Source: Adineta vaga (lineage: Eukaryota; Animalia; Rotifera). From it: a stretch of DNA of 64,000 nucleotides. The notes beneath the pieces are model-generated. The model made no database searches. It had not been told where the DNA came from and saw only the letters and a program-made list of their open reading frames with translations. The translations under genes were made by a program, and so were the position numbers. Below are positions 1 to 13,546 of the stretch, one piece after another. The first letter of the stretch is position 1. Every line of letters starts with the position of its first letter. The DNA is taken from NCBI GenBank assembly GCA_021613535.1, contig CP075492.1, forward strand, positions 19,034,001-19,098,000, given 5' to 3'.

Positions 1-3000
1 TGAAGTCTGAAAGATTAGAATTTTAAATTTGAATAAATTTTTAAAAAATCTTCATACTTTTGTTCAATATGATGTAAAGTTATTTCCATTTGATTTTTTT
101 CTCCGTTCTTTAATGTATATCTCCAATAGTCATCAGCTATTGCACTTTCACGTTGCATTGCATCAGTAACTATTTATTTTACGAAGAAATAAATTAGGTT
201 TTTTTGTTTTTGTGTAATAAAAGTTTTACTTTTGAATTCTTCTTTATCGATACTATTAGAATTGATATCAATTCGATCAATTGGTAAAATATCACAAGTA
301 ACTAACCAAACATCAAGAAATAAATCGTGATTATTTATGAATATTTTACCTGATACATTATTTCGACGTTGTTGACAAATAGTTTTTAGTTTTTCGAAGA
401 TATATCGAATGAAAATAAAGAGATAATATAAAATATTAAATGGCGGTGGTAATAAAGGTTTATCTCGATATTCAAAAACAAGCAAAAATCGTTGATAACG
501 CCATAGTATATGAGATTGACTTTCGACATTTTGAATTGTAAGACTAAAAACGAAGAATGAATAGATTTATACTTCTCACGTATGATTTTGTTTATACTTA
601 AATAAAGCGACAAGTACATTAAGAAGAAGTACATTGGCAATGGCAACAAACAATATTGCCAAGAGAAAAGCCACATCCGAAAGTGAATCATCACCATCTA
701 AACGAAAAAGAAAATAATAGACGAAATTGTATTGAAATTCTTTATACCAATTGGATCTACTTGTCCAAAGATTTTCCAAACACCATAATTTGTAACATCA
801 CGTATTGTTTCCCATGTCCATAAATCATTTCCACCATTTGCTGTACTAACATTATATAATGATCCATCGCTATTATAATTCCAAGATACTTGATTCGTTG
901 TATTAATTAATGACCATGATGCAACTGAAAATCCATACAAAAAAATCATAATAAAACAAATAAAAAATAGAAGATCTCTCATCTAGAAATTCAAAAGAAA
1001 ATGAAATGAAAGAAAATTTTGATTATTTACGGTATTAAAAATCATAAATAATTTTGGTCCAAATTTTTCATATGCCGCAAATAAATGTAATGTTCGAACA
1101 TACCAAATTATCAAATCAAGACATAAAAATATTCTTAGAAAATTATTTCACAAATAAATATAAATTCATTTTCTTTTCAAAATTTGTTTTACTTTGATAC
1201 AATAAAAAGTGATTCATTGACAAAAAATCTTGTAATAAAACCAATAAGATATAAGATGATTGCTAAAACATCCATCATATTCCATATTTCTGATAAATAT
1301 TCTCTTTTTGATTCAGCAGTAATAAACTGAAAAGAAAATATTATAAATATCGATAAATCTAAACTATAGAAATTTATTATTACTTGACGTGCTTCTTCTA
1401 TAACTAAACACCATAAACAAATATGAAGAATGATTTCTGGAATTGGTATATGTAAATCTTGAATTCCTGATCGTTGTTCATGATAATCATTCCATGGAAA
1501 ATAATCAACAAGAAGAACAAAACTGAACAATCCAAGAAATAGAACAAAGAATATCTAAAAATCAAATTTTGAGAATATATTAAAACTATATAATGAATTT
1601 TTTTCTTACCATATAATAATAAAATCGTACAATAGGTGCACGATAAAAATATGCAATTTTATCAATTTTTCGTAGATGATTTTTTCCTTGATTTAAATTA
1701 GGTCTTCAAAAAACAAACAAACAAGAATTCTATTAATTTTCATATATTAATCATTATTATCTTACCTAATAACATTATGAATCATCATTGGTTGACTAAC
1801 TTTTGATGCATCTCGAGCACTTCGAACCAACTAGTTTAACAAGTCTCGTTTTTTTTCTCGTCATTTTTGTTTTGTTCACTTACTCTTTTACGTTTTTGTA
1901 CATATGGTAGAAAAAAACAAAATATTGGTAATAGAGGAAGAAATAACGAACAGAGAAAGACCTGAAAATAAAAAAAAAACATGTTTAAAATCTATTATAT
2001 TATTTGAAATATATACTCGAAAATGAATAGCTTGTCGTTTATAATTAATATATCCAAACCTAAAAAACTTCACTTGATTAGTTTCATCTAAGAATAAAAA
2101 TTCTCATTACCATTCATTATTAACATATTTTTGAACACATTTTGATGCAATAAATGATCGACAATTGCCTTTTAAAGCTAAATGTAATGGTGTAGTACCA
2201 TAGAATACATTACTAGGTCGTTTAAGCATATCAACAGCAAATTCTTCGTCATTATCAAAACATCGATCAATAATTGATGTTGCATAAGTATCGAATTGAC
2301 TAAGAAAAACAAAACAAAACAAAAGAGAAATTTTAATGAATAAAAAAAGAAAACTATTTTAATATTACGTACTTAGCATTTTCAATGTATTGTTGTTTTG
2401 TATCAAAATCGAGTGTAAGATGCACTGCTCGTCGATAGATTTGTGCTCCAAATAAAGGAGCTATTGATGAATTCTATAGATGAAATGTGAAATGTATCAT
2501 TTATTCATTATATTTTTGTACCCAAGTTTTTGAGCAAAGATACGTTGCAAGTTCAAATCGATCAAGAAAAATAGCCCAAAGAAATAAATCACGTGATGCA
2601 CCTTTACCTAATTGTTGATCATCTTTGAATGATAATGTTCTATCAACCATATTTCCATTACACTACAGAAATATACTATAAATAAATCAATATTTTTTTT
2701 CTTACTAATGATTTAAAATAAGACAAATAAAATGAATCTCGTATTGTTGATGTATTTGTATTACGTTTCTCTCGAAATTTCAGAGGTAATGCATTACTAG
2801 TCTAAAAAAGAAAATTTAATATATTTATTTCTTTTTTTTTGTATTTTAAAATAAAGATATTTCATTACATCTGTTGTATTATAAAGCTGTTTGAGATCTC
2901 CAATTGTTAAATTTTCAAGTGATGTACCAAATTCAATAAGTAATTCAACAAAATCAACATGGCCACGACGAAGTGCATCGACAAGAGCACGACGAAGATC

Positions 3001-4882
3001 AATTTCCTTAAATTAAATGTACAAAATATATTATAAACATTAAAAAAAAACCGTATTATATACTTTCCATTTCGATATAGTTGTATCTGAGAGAAGATTT
3101 TTTTGAGTATAATCAAATTTATGCCATGCCTAAATCAATATAAAGAAACCGAAGATCTAATTTGTTTTTATTTAACATATACCATAGCTAATTTAAGTTC
3201 AGCTGTTCGTCGATGTCGTTCATTACTATCACCAGAAAATTTGGCAGCTATATTCAATAAAACAACAACGATAGAGAAAATCTATAAAGAATTTTTACCA
3301 TTGAATAAAGCTTCAAGAATAGCGTCTTCAAGATTACCATTATGTTTTTTACTATCGAATTTGAATATTGTTACTAGCTGATGACGTTCATTTAATACTC
3401 GACATAGATCACTTTTGATTTCATCAATCCAAACATTATCATTTCGTGCTTTCATTAAACTGAATTGATTGAAATAGAAATAGTTATTAATCAATTATGA
3501 ATATTAAAAACAGTAATACTTACATTGCATTGATCTCTGTATCTCGTGAATCTCCTCTAACAGCAGCTGTTTGTGGTCGTGAAGGATAAGAATTATTATT
3601 AGGATTACTCTCACTCTCAGAATAACAAGCATATAATTCAGCAACTAAATCAGCAGCACGACCAGAATCCTTTTAGAAAAGAAAAAAAACAAAAAAAAGA
3701 TCTATTTAAATGATCAAGTTGTTTTCATACTTTGACAACTACTACTGGAGTATTTGATTCAAGTGCTTGACATATAGTTTTAATTGATGATGGACCACCT
3801 TCAACTAAAACCATAACAATTGGTATGAGTGTTTCAATTATTTCTTCTTGTGAATTTGTTTGTGAAGAAATATGTCGAGAACATTTCTCAATTTCTGCTC
3901 GTAAAGGAAGAACAGTATCAGCACTTGTTCCACCATCATCAAATAATAAAAAATGAGTATGATTTGGTTCTAGATCACATCGTTTCTTTGCTTTTTCTTT
4001 AATAACATAATTTCTAACACAATATTCATCACCTACATCCTAAACTCGATTCAAACAAAAACTGAGTGTTTTTTTTTTCTTTTCTTCAACTGACCATATG
4101 AACAGCATTTATGGATTGGTTTCGCGTAGATCTTGTTAATAGATGAAATGCTTTAGAATTATTGACCATTTTCGTAGAGAAACTATTCGATTGATTAGCA
4201 AGTAGTTCATTTCCTGCTGTATAGCCCCAACTACCAATACCAATACATGGTACATCAAGTCCATGTTTTTTATTTTTATAACGATAATTATTCAGAGCTT
4301 CTCCGACTTCTTTAACAACACCTGCATTTGTACCAGCTGTAATTAACCATGCATCTAAATGAATAATAAAAAAAATATTTTCTCATTGATTTTATATCTA
4401 TTTTTTATTAAATAAAAATGATTTACTTGTAGTAACAGCAGCAGTAACTAAACCACGTTGGAAAACTTTTCTTAATCGTGTTGACATTTCAAAACTTTTC
4501 GCTCCACCAGTTACAGATATAATTAAATCTGGAATTGGTAAACGCCATCCTTCTTGCATAAATTTGACAGTTGTTTCAGCATTTGTATTTAAACTTAATC
4601 GTATATATTCTGAAAGACGAGTAGATGAATCTAATTGATTTTCATCAAATTTAAGAAAACCATATTCAGTTGTTAAGTCCGATGAACTATTTATAGAATA
4701 TTTACAAATATCTTTTTATTGAAAATTGTTTTAAACTTACGAATCTTGTTGACGAATGGATAGTTTTTGAACTGTCTAAAATATTTAAGAAATAGAAATT
4801 TATTGAATAAATCAATTTTCTGATCGTTTTTTTTTGTTACATCTTGAATATGATGCATTTGTTCAGCAATTTCGGCAGCCAT
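1..4882 (-). CDS. TRPM: TRPM-family cation channel, ~20 short exons, 3' end runs off the left edge of the window
   Basis: Spliced minus-strand translation gives the SLOG/MHR motifs WRLPIPDLIISVTGGAKSF, AWLITAGTNAGVVKEVGEAL, LEPNHTHFLLFDDG and IVMVLVEGGPSSI, then S1-S6 segments and S6/TRP helix IANVLLLNVLVALF..WRYQRFLLVFEYRDKPLLPPPFN. ATG at 4882, canonical GT-AG introns. Confidence 0.93.
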
Positions 4883-7473
4883 TTATTAAACATAAACTAA
4901 ATGTATATATAATTTTATCTTAACATCGTTTAAGTTGCACAAGAAGAAGAAAAAAGGGCAAGAAAAAAGTACATTGTTGTTTATCATAAGTTCATTTCTT
5001 TTCTTGTTTTTATTTTATTTTTATGAAATGAATCAACGAGAAACGAGAATTGCTTGCTGTTCTGTCAAGTCTAAAGAAACATTTACATACTAATTGTTTA
5101 TCGTTGATGAAAAAACTCATCTGAAGTATAAGACTTTGAATTTTAATTCAATGAAATTTCTTTCGATTCAGTATGTTGATCTATTCAAATATTTGCATTC
5201 TCAATATGAAGTTCTTTGTACCTATTTTTAGAACTCATTTTGAAGATGTGAATGTAACGCGAATGATTGGACATTGATTCGTTGTGTTATTCTATATTTT
5301 ATCAATCATATTATGAACTGAATCTTATCGATTAGAGAAAAATTTTGTTTTTTTGTTCTGTTAATAAAATAATTATTCTACATAGATGTTGTGATGAAAG
5401 AATAAAAGTATTTCAAAATAATAAAAAGAAAAGTAATCATAAATGAATACATATGCAATTCATTTTCGAAGCTGCTCTAACCTTCTTCTTTTTCCGGAAA
5501 CTGGTGAAATATTATGAAAGATATTGTCAAAACTTTTTCGAAAAATGTTCTAGACGGATAAAGTTGAGAGAGAGAGAGAAATTTAGATAAACAAAGATTT
5601 TTAGATAACTCTCAATCTTAATTGTATTTAATCTACTTTAACAAATATATAATTAAAATGAGTTAATGAATCATCTGAAAACTGAAAGTTTAAAATTTCT
5701 TTCATTTTTCTCTTATCGCAATACCTTCTGTAAAAATACATGTTGCTTCATTATGTTTAATTGTCTCATGTAAAGAATAAAAATCATGTTTTTTATCGTG
5801 ATGTTCTTTGTCGATGAACTCGAATATGTATGAATAAATCATCATCAATGAATACTTTCATGAAATAATTGATAACATAAGCAAACGTCTTCTTTGACAT
5901 ATTTTGTTACTCGATTTAAATTCTATTTATTTTATGCAAAATAATCCAGAAAAACTGACTTCCAAGTAGCAATATGTTTTTCACGATGTTCTTCAGTACA
6001 ATGATGTACTTTATTTTCTTGATGTTTTTTTTTATGTTGATTATGAATTACTGGATGTTTTATTTCAGATCGTTCAGTAACAAGAATATAATAAAATTAT
6101 TAAATATACGTATATGTAAGATCATAGATCATAACGACATGAATATATCTTAATTCTTGAATTTCAGATCTGGCATCCTAAAAAGAGAAATATTTATATG
6201 AATAAACCATAACAGGATCCATATTATTGAAATTCTTGTCAAATTAACTAAGATGTTTTGTTTTGTTATATATTTAGAAATCTTCCGATTCAATATGTCT
6301 GTGTGATTATGCTACCACGTGCTCGTTTGTCAAGAAAGACGGTAAGAAAAAAAAATTCTATCGTTTAACATGGAAAGTGTTTCTTCCTTTCTCTTTCTTC
6401 TCTACATCTTTAATACAACTGAAATAAGATGAAAGAATTCTTCATTTTTTCTCTTTCTGAACACGCATTTTGTTTTTTTTTGCGTCTGTCAACAACTAAC
6501 GTTTGTTACCATGATTCATATGATGATCAATTAGATTTATTCTTAGTATTTTGACAAAAGTATTGGTGTTCTAAGAATAGAAAAACGGTAATGTACAATC
6601 AATAAGCAGTAGTTTCAAATGGATATTTGCGAGAATTGGTTTGAACGCAACTATACCCTCGATCGAATTATACTTTGTTATGAGTATCACGCATTGGAAA
6701 AAGTTTATTTATTATATGTAACAAAGTCAAAATACACTAATAAATTATTTAGTAAAGTCGAGGGCCATAAGGATTTACATATCCTGTACCACCCATAGGC
6801 ACGAATTCGTTGTCTTGCATAATATTTGTCGTTGCATTGTAAGAATTTCGATGACATATTGTAGAATGCAATAAGAGTTGAGTGCTTTTATATGATAACG
6901 GCATATCTTTGGAGAAAAGGCGTGATATTAATTCATATTGTATGACAAAAATATTGATTAGTGCATAGTGCAATTATACCTATCGTTATGTAGTGCATAT
7001 CAAAGAGATAAAGAAAAAAGGGCGTTTCCTTTATTATACTCATTTTAATACAATTATACTAACTACATCACCTTTTCTACCAATACTATTCGAAATTTTG
7101 ATAGTGTATAGAAGGTAGTTACCAGGAAACTAATGCGAGACACGAAAAAGAACGCAGTTATTGTTTAAGGGGACCCCCCCCCTTAAAAAACGTCATTTTT
7201 TCGAAAAAAATCGAAATTGAGTTTTTCACATAGGAAGATGCGCCGTGTTTTCCTCTTTCAGAATATGTATAATTTTTTTTAAAATAATTAGATTTTCATG
7301 TACTTTTTGTATAAAACATATAACTAACTATCAGCATGTATTTTGAAATTTTCGCTATTTTGAAAAGTTTTTTAGTTTTGATCAAAATTGCATTACCAAT
7401 TCTGACAACGTTTAATAGTATTCTTTTACAAAGATTACTAAGCTTCTACCGACACCCTAGCTGAGGGCTATAT

Positions 7474-7643
7474 ACAGAAACCCCTCCCCATATTAAAAGA
7501 CCCCCCATATTAGAAGACCCCTTTGGACGTATTTTTCCTAGTCTTTTTCTGTTTTCCCCAGCAAAAAAGACCAAAAATTTTCAAAAGTTTGCGGGGTCAT
7601 GTTAGAAGACCAGGGGTCTTTTAATCTGGGGAGGGGCTTGGGT
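7474..7643. mobile_element. ~170 bp MITE with ~30 bp imperfect TIRs
   Basis: AAACCCCTCCCCATATTAAAAGACCCC (~7478-7504) is inverted as GGGGTCTTTTAATCTGGGGAGGGGCTT (~7613-7639). TA at both flanks suggests a Tc1/mariner type. Confidence 0.55.
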
Positions 7644-8303
7644 AAAGTTAGCATCATATTCGAGTATTCTTTGTCCGGATTCGCCTGTAAACTTGTGCTG
7701 GTCTCCGAAAAGGTTTTTTTGGATGCAGAATTTAATTCTCTATCGAATGATGCCAAATTTATTAGGGTTCATCGTCCAAAAAATAGAGTTTGGGCTGAAA
7801 AACTGAGTTTTTCAGCCAGGTTTTCGAAAGAAAACTTTTGTATTTCTTGTCCAGATTCGCTCTGTAACGTGTGCTGCCTCTTAAAAGGGATGTGTTAGAC
7901 TCAGAATTCAATTCTCTATCGAATGATGTCATTTTCTAAGGGGGTCATCGGGAGAAAAAAACCGTACACCCACACCCATACTCACACCTTGACCTCCGAT
8001 AAAACCCCTCGAAAATAACATGGTTCGATAGAGAATTGAATTCTGGGTCTAACACATCCCTTTTAAGAGGCAGCACACGTTACAGAGCGAATCCGGACAA
8101 GAAATGCAAAAGTTTTCTTTCGAAAACCTGGCTGAAAAACTCAGTTTTTTGGCAGAAACTCTATTTTTTGGACGATGAACCCTAATAAATTTGGCATCAT
8201 TCGATAGAGAATTAAATTCTGCACCCAACAAAACCTTTTCGGAGACCAGCGCAAGTTTATAGGCGAATCCGGACAAAGAATACTCGAATATGGTGCTAAC
8301 TTT
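7644..8303. repeat. Long foldback: ~280 bp inverted arms around a ~100 bp spacer
   Basis: 7644-7923 is the near-perfect reverse complement of 8023-8303, which explains the twin ORFs 7599+ and 8049-. The spacer contains ACACCCACACCCATACTCACACC. Confidence 0.9.
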
Positions 8304-8426
8304 TCTTACCTGGGCTATTTATCGATACGTTGTACTCTGCACTAAATAGCTGGAGTATATTGAACAGGATTGCATTTAGAAAATTTAATGTAATTTTGAA
8401 TACGAACTGATGCTATTTCTATGGAA

Positions 8427-8488
8427 GTGGGTGTGGGTGTTACAGAGATGTAATACTGACACCCACACCCTCAGCTACCCACACCCTG
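8427..8488. repeat. Telomere-like hairpin element
   Basis: GTGGGTGTGGGTGT-18 nt-ACACCCACACCCTCAG. Confidence 0.75.
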
Positions 8489-9500
8489 AGAGAAAATTAT
8501 GCTGATTATAATTCGGTTGTAATATTTTGTTAATCTCTGACCGAAAACTTTCAATTTTTCTGGTTTTTCTTAAGAAATATGTGCGTCATAGGTTTCTAAA
8601 ACACATGAGCCATCCGATAACATGGAGAGAAACGTGCTTCACCATGGTAGATGGTGCTAGTTTATGTCATCTAATACGTAATATAAAAAGGCGCGTTAAA
8701 ATATACGGAAATATACGATTTCAGAGTATTTTTTTTCAAATTTGAATAAGAAAACAACTTCCAAAACTTATTTTGCGTTTTTCTCAAAACACTATTTTGA
8801 ATAAGGAAAATTGCTATAACTCGGTCAATTGATGAGCTATACCCAATTCTTTTTTTTTGTTCGAAAGGTCTGAACGAAACGAAACTTTTCATCAGACACT
8901 TTTTTTAAAATCAACTCCTGGACTGAGAAAAATCAAATTTACCGTGATTAAAACACCGTTTTTTTAGTCCTCTTTACTAAAAAAACTGTAAAAAACAAAT
9001 TATACATAATTTCGAAAATCCGTCTGATGAAAAGTTGCGTCTTGAGACGGGCTTTAATTTGAGACCAACCCGGCCTCTGTAGCTCACACGGTGACCGAGT
9101 TATAGCAACTCTCCTAGAGGCCAAAATGACCTATAAATGAGCTGTAAGTCAGATTTAGTGAGACCGATCGGGCTCAAATTTTTACTAGAAGTATATCTAC
9201 CAGGAAACTAATGCGAGACACGAAAAAGAACGCAGTTATTGTTTAACATTCAGTAAATCAAATACAATAAAAGTTTCTTTATATCATTGTTGTATTACTC
9301 ATTTCTCTTTTGTGTATACTTTTAGCATAATAATCTTAGAATATCGAAGTAACAGAGAATTTGAAAAAACATGAAAGAGGCACAGCGAGAGAGTAAGAGA
9401 GAAAAAAACAACAACATATATAACATTTTTCTTCTTTCAATGATTATAGAGTAAAAATTATTGAAAATAAAAAGGAAAAATTTGATTCCATTGAAAAAAA

Positions 9501-10689
9501 ATGCCATTCAAAAAGTTTTTAATAAATCGTAATCAAAATCGAAAATCTCGTTTAAATGGTATCTTACCATCGACGCGTTTACCACATAAACATAATTTAC
9601 ATCAAGTATTCAGTGATCATGTTATGTATACTTCTGATCAATTACCACCAAAGACGGATCTTCGAAATTTCATGACACCAGTTGAGAATCAATCTCAAAT
9701 TGGTAGTTGGTAAGATACAATTGGTTTTATTTTCGTATAATTCTATTTAATATTCTTTTATATAGTTCATCAAATTGTCTTGCTGGTAGAAAAGAGATTT
9801 TTTTTAATTTGATTATAATATAGAAATACAAATATTGATTCTTAGGTGCATATGAATATTTAACAAAGAAAGAAAGTGGAAACGATATTGATGTAAGTCG
9901 TTTGTTTATTTATTACAATGGTCGTGTTAAAGAACACAATGATTGTGCTGTGACTGATTCTGGTTGTACAATGACATGTGCTATCGAAGCGCTAGAAGAA
10001 TCAGGTGTTTGCCTTGAATCAATTTGGCCTTATGATATTGCAAACGTCAATACACGTCCTCCAGATAACGCTTATCAAACAGCAAAACCTCATAAAATTA
10101 CTCAAGCATTGCAGATGAATATTGATTTAAACGAAATGAAATCATGTTTAGCACAGGGTTTTCCATTTGCATTTGGTTTGAAATTGTTTACATCATTCGA
10201 TAAAGCAGCGAATACAGGTATTGTACCAATGCCAAATAATTCTGATCTTAATCGACAATCAGATGGATGGTTAGTTTTTCAATTCAGATTATAATTCATA
10301 AATGAAATATTTCATTGTTTTTATTATGTTATAGTCATGCTCTCTTGACTGTTGGTTATAGTGATCAATCACAAGCATTTATTGTTCGAAATTCATGGGG
10401 TGAAGAATGGGTAAGGAAATTATTATAAATTTTTTGTTTTTAATTCTTAATATTGATTTTCTAGGGAGATAAAGGTTATTGTTATATTCCATACGACTAT
10501 GTTGCAAATACGGATTATTGTTTTGATGTTTGGACTATTAGAAAAGTCGAAACTGATAATTTCGGTCAAGATCATTGGGATCAGGATGATTCAACTGATT
10601 ATCGACAAATGACTGATGATAATAATGATGATGATGATGATAACAATAATAGTATCATACAAGATTTTAATAATAATGATGAGAATTAA
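9501..10689 (+). CDS. Papain-family (C1A) cysteine protease, bacterial xylellain-like, no signal peptide, acidic tail
   Basis: Exons 9501-9709, 9766-9785, 9846-10269, 10335-10410, 10465-10689 splice in frame. They restore LPPKTDLR..NQSQIGSCSSNCLAG, SRLFIYYNGR, DGCHALLTVGY and IVRNSWGEEWGDKGY, so the catalytic Q, C, H and N are present. Confidence 0.92.
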
Positions 10690-11146
10690 GATGACATTCT
10701 ATTTCATTTTTAAAGATAAATTATTGAATATATTAAATTAATTTCTCTTTTTCTTTTGTTTTTGTTTTTTAGAAAATGATTCCAACTATGATAAATGAAA
10801 AGACAGACACTCTTACAATTCTATTCTTCTTTAATAAATATATATCTATGTAATGTCTTGAATATCTCGAATATAATAGGTCATCGTAAAAAGAACATAG
10901 TTTTGTTATTTGTTTTCTTTAAATACCGAATGTACTTTTTTCGTCATTGACCTCATAGCACGATTGAGAAGAAGAAGAAGAAGAAAAAGTACGTTTTAAA
11001 AAAAGAACGCATAAGAATCGCTCAAAAGGAAGAAAACAAGAGAACTAACAAAATAACATTTTTAATGGAAGAAAAAATAAATAAAGAACGAGCAAACTAT
11101 TCTTGTTGTTAGAGTACATAGTAAATTTATTATATCCATTTGAAAA

Positions 11147-12716
11147 ATGCCACTAATAACATTTCTGTTGAATAAACTTTTGGATCGAAAATGTCGTCTC
11201 AATGGTATATGGCCTTCACATCGTCTACCTCACAAAGAATATTTACGTAGATTATTTAGTAATCATTTAATTTATAGTCCTGAAGAACTTCCTCCTAAAG
11301 TTGATCTTCGAAATTACATGACAACAGTAGAAGATCAATCGAGCATCGGTAGTTGGTAAATTTCTTTTAAATAAATACGATAAAAATGTTTCTTTTTCTC
11401 TTCTTTAGTTCAGCTAATGCTCTTGCAGGTAAAAACAAATAAAAATTTCTATATTTAAACTTTAGTTTGTTTGTGTTTCATTGTTAGGAGCATACGAATA
11501 TTTGTGTAAGAGATATTACGATGAATATATTGATGTGAGCCGATTATTTATCTATTATAATGGACGTACAAAAGAAAATCCATCACAATCATTGACTGAT
11601 TCAGGTTGTTCCATGACAAGTGCTATTGAAGCTCTTGAAGAATTTGGTACTTGTCTTGAATCAATTTGGCCATACGATGTATCACGAGCGAATACACGAC
11701 CGAACAATGATGCATACAACGAGGCAAGACCTCATACAATTTCAGAAGCACTTCAAGTTGGAATTGATCTAGATGAAATGAAATCATGTCTTGCTCAAGG
11801 CTTTCCTTTTGTATTTGGACTTCATCTTTTCACATCATTTGACAAAGCAGCAACCACAGGCGTCGTATCTATGCGAAGTTCAAGTGATCGTAGTCGTCAA
11901 TCTCATGGAAGGTATATAAATTTTCTTAATAGAAAGAAAATGTGAACAATTATTTCCATTCTTACTAGTCATGCACTTGTGGCCGTTGGCTATAGTGATC
12001 AATCACAATCATTTATTGTTAGAAATTCTTGGGGAGAAGATTGGGTAGGAATATCAATAACTAAATAGATAGATTGAGAGATATAGAACAATATAAATGT
12101 TCATTAGAAAAGAGTAATGAATTGATTCATAAACAAATCTAGATTTAGGAAAATGTGGATTTGATTTAAAAACCTTGTGAATCTCGAAAAATTATTGTCA
12201 TCTTCAATCTTTTAGGGTCATAGAGGATATTGTTATATTCCATACGATTATTTGACTGATTCAAATCTTTGTTTTGATTCATGGACAATTCGTAAAGTAT
12301 CTAATAATGATTTTGGTCAAGACCATTGGGATTATAATGATGATACTAATTATCAAAATATTAACAATTACGAGACTGATGATAATGATGTTAATTCTAC
12401 GATCGAAAATTTCCAAGAAGACGATTTTAGCATGAACTTTAGTTGTGATGGTGCAAATAGTGGCTTCGATAGAGATTCATGGAATATGTGCGACGATTTT
12501 ACATCCAATAACAGAGGCATGTACGATCAGCAATGGAACCGAGATGATAATTCTCGTTATAAAGATAGGGAAAATTATCCTGATCAGTGGAATCAAAATG
12601 AGAATTCTGATTATAATGATAGTGGAAAGTATGATCAAGGATGGCATCGTAATGATGAATCTCTTCCGCATCATAAACATCATCATGGGCGTCATCATCA
12701 TTATCACAAGCAGTAA
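11147..12716 (+). CDS. Papain-family (C1A) cysteine protease, tandem paralog with long D/N-rich repeat and His-rich C-terminal tail
   Basis: Exons 11147-11355, 11409-11428, 11488-11911, 11969-12044, 12216-12716, with the same intron positions as the upstream paralog. Motifs DQSSIGSCSANALAG, HGSHALVAVGY, IVRNSWGEDWGHRGY. Confidence 0.92.
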
Positions 12717-12827
12717 AACTGCAATAGATACATTCTTATTCATTTTATTTGATTGATAAGATTTCTAATGTCAAATAAAATATCTATTAACATACACATT
12801 TTGAATTTTTTAATTATATAACAAAAC

Positions 12828-12883
12828 CTTGAAGGTATGGGTGTGGATTAAGAGACAATATCTACATGGTCACACACCCAAGG
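12828..12883. repeat. Telomere-like hairpin element
   Basis: CCTTGAAGGTATGGGTGTGGA...TCACACACCCAAGG, ~110 bp after the protease stop. Confidence 0.6.
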
Positions 12884-13546
12884 AGGAAAAAGCGGATCCT
12901 AGATTTTCTAGATTCTGATAGTTCTTTGGAAATATATTTCAATATCGTTAAAACTTAATTTAAGGCCTAAGTCTAATGCTTCATCTTCCATATCGGTTTC
13001 CAAATTTTTACTGAGCAAAATACTACGATTTCGTAATAGTTTCTACTATTCTACCAATTGATATATATCCAGAATGACTATGCGAATCCTACTAATCATT
13101 AGTATCCGATAGCAAGATTTCAAGAAACATTGTCATCGTTCAATAGACATTAAAAAAAACAGGAAAAATCGACTTTTTTATATATGACGACAAACAGAAA
13201 ATAACGTTAAGATGCTAAACTATTTTAATCAATGAATTTATTGCGATTTAATGAATCTGTTTCAGGATCCATCAAGATCCGAAAAAATTGTGGTCTTCGC
13301 TTTCCTTTCCCTTGCAATATGCATCATAATCCTATTCAGAGTTCAACTATCGAAGTTCAATTTCATTGCATGATAACATTTGCACATGAAATCTAAACGA
13401 TATGATGAATTATTGATTGAAAAAATTACTTTGATTGTTATTAATTATTTCATAACATAAACATTATAGTTGAAAGAATTTAATGAACATAAAAATTGAT
13501 TTAAGAAAATCAAACATTCTCTTTTTCTTTCATCATTTTAAAATCA

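Larger units (their letters stand above)
7120..9246. mobile_element. ~2.0 kb composite insertion of nested foldback/MITE debris (7169-9197) flanked by a perfect 49-bp direct repeat
   Basis: TACCAGGAAACTAATGCGAGACACGAAAAAGAACGCAGTTATTGTTTAA occurs at 7120-7168 and 9198-9246. The interior has several inverted repeats, e.g. the 17-bp TTGCTATAACTCGGTCA at 8811-8827 and its reverse complement at 9092-9108. Confidence 0.75.

Noticed and set aside
5050-6350. Plus-strand exon-like segments divergent from TRPM
   Set aside because: Splice-like signals exist but I could not assemble an open, recognisable reading frame.
7538-8276. Twin ORFs 7599-7898 (+) and 8049-8276 (-) as genes
   Set aside because: They are the two arms of one inverted repeat and have no recognisable protein features.
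12879-13314. Possible old MITE downstream of the proteases
   Set aside because: Terminal similarity (CAAGGAGGAAAAAGCG versus CGCTTTCCTTTCCCTTG) is too degenerate and there is no TSD.
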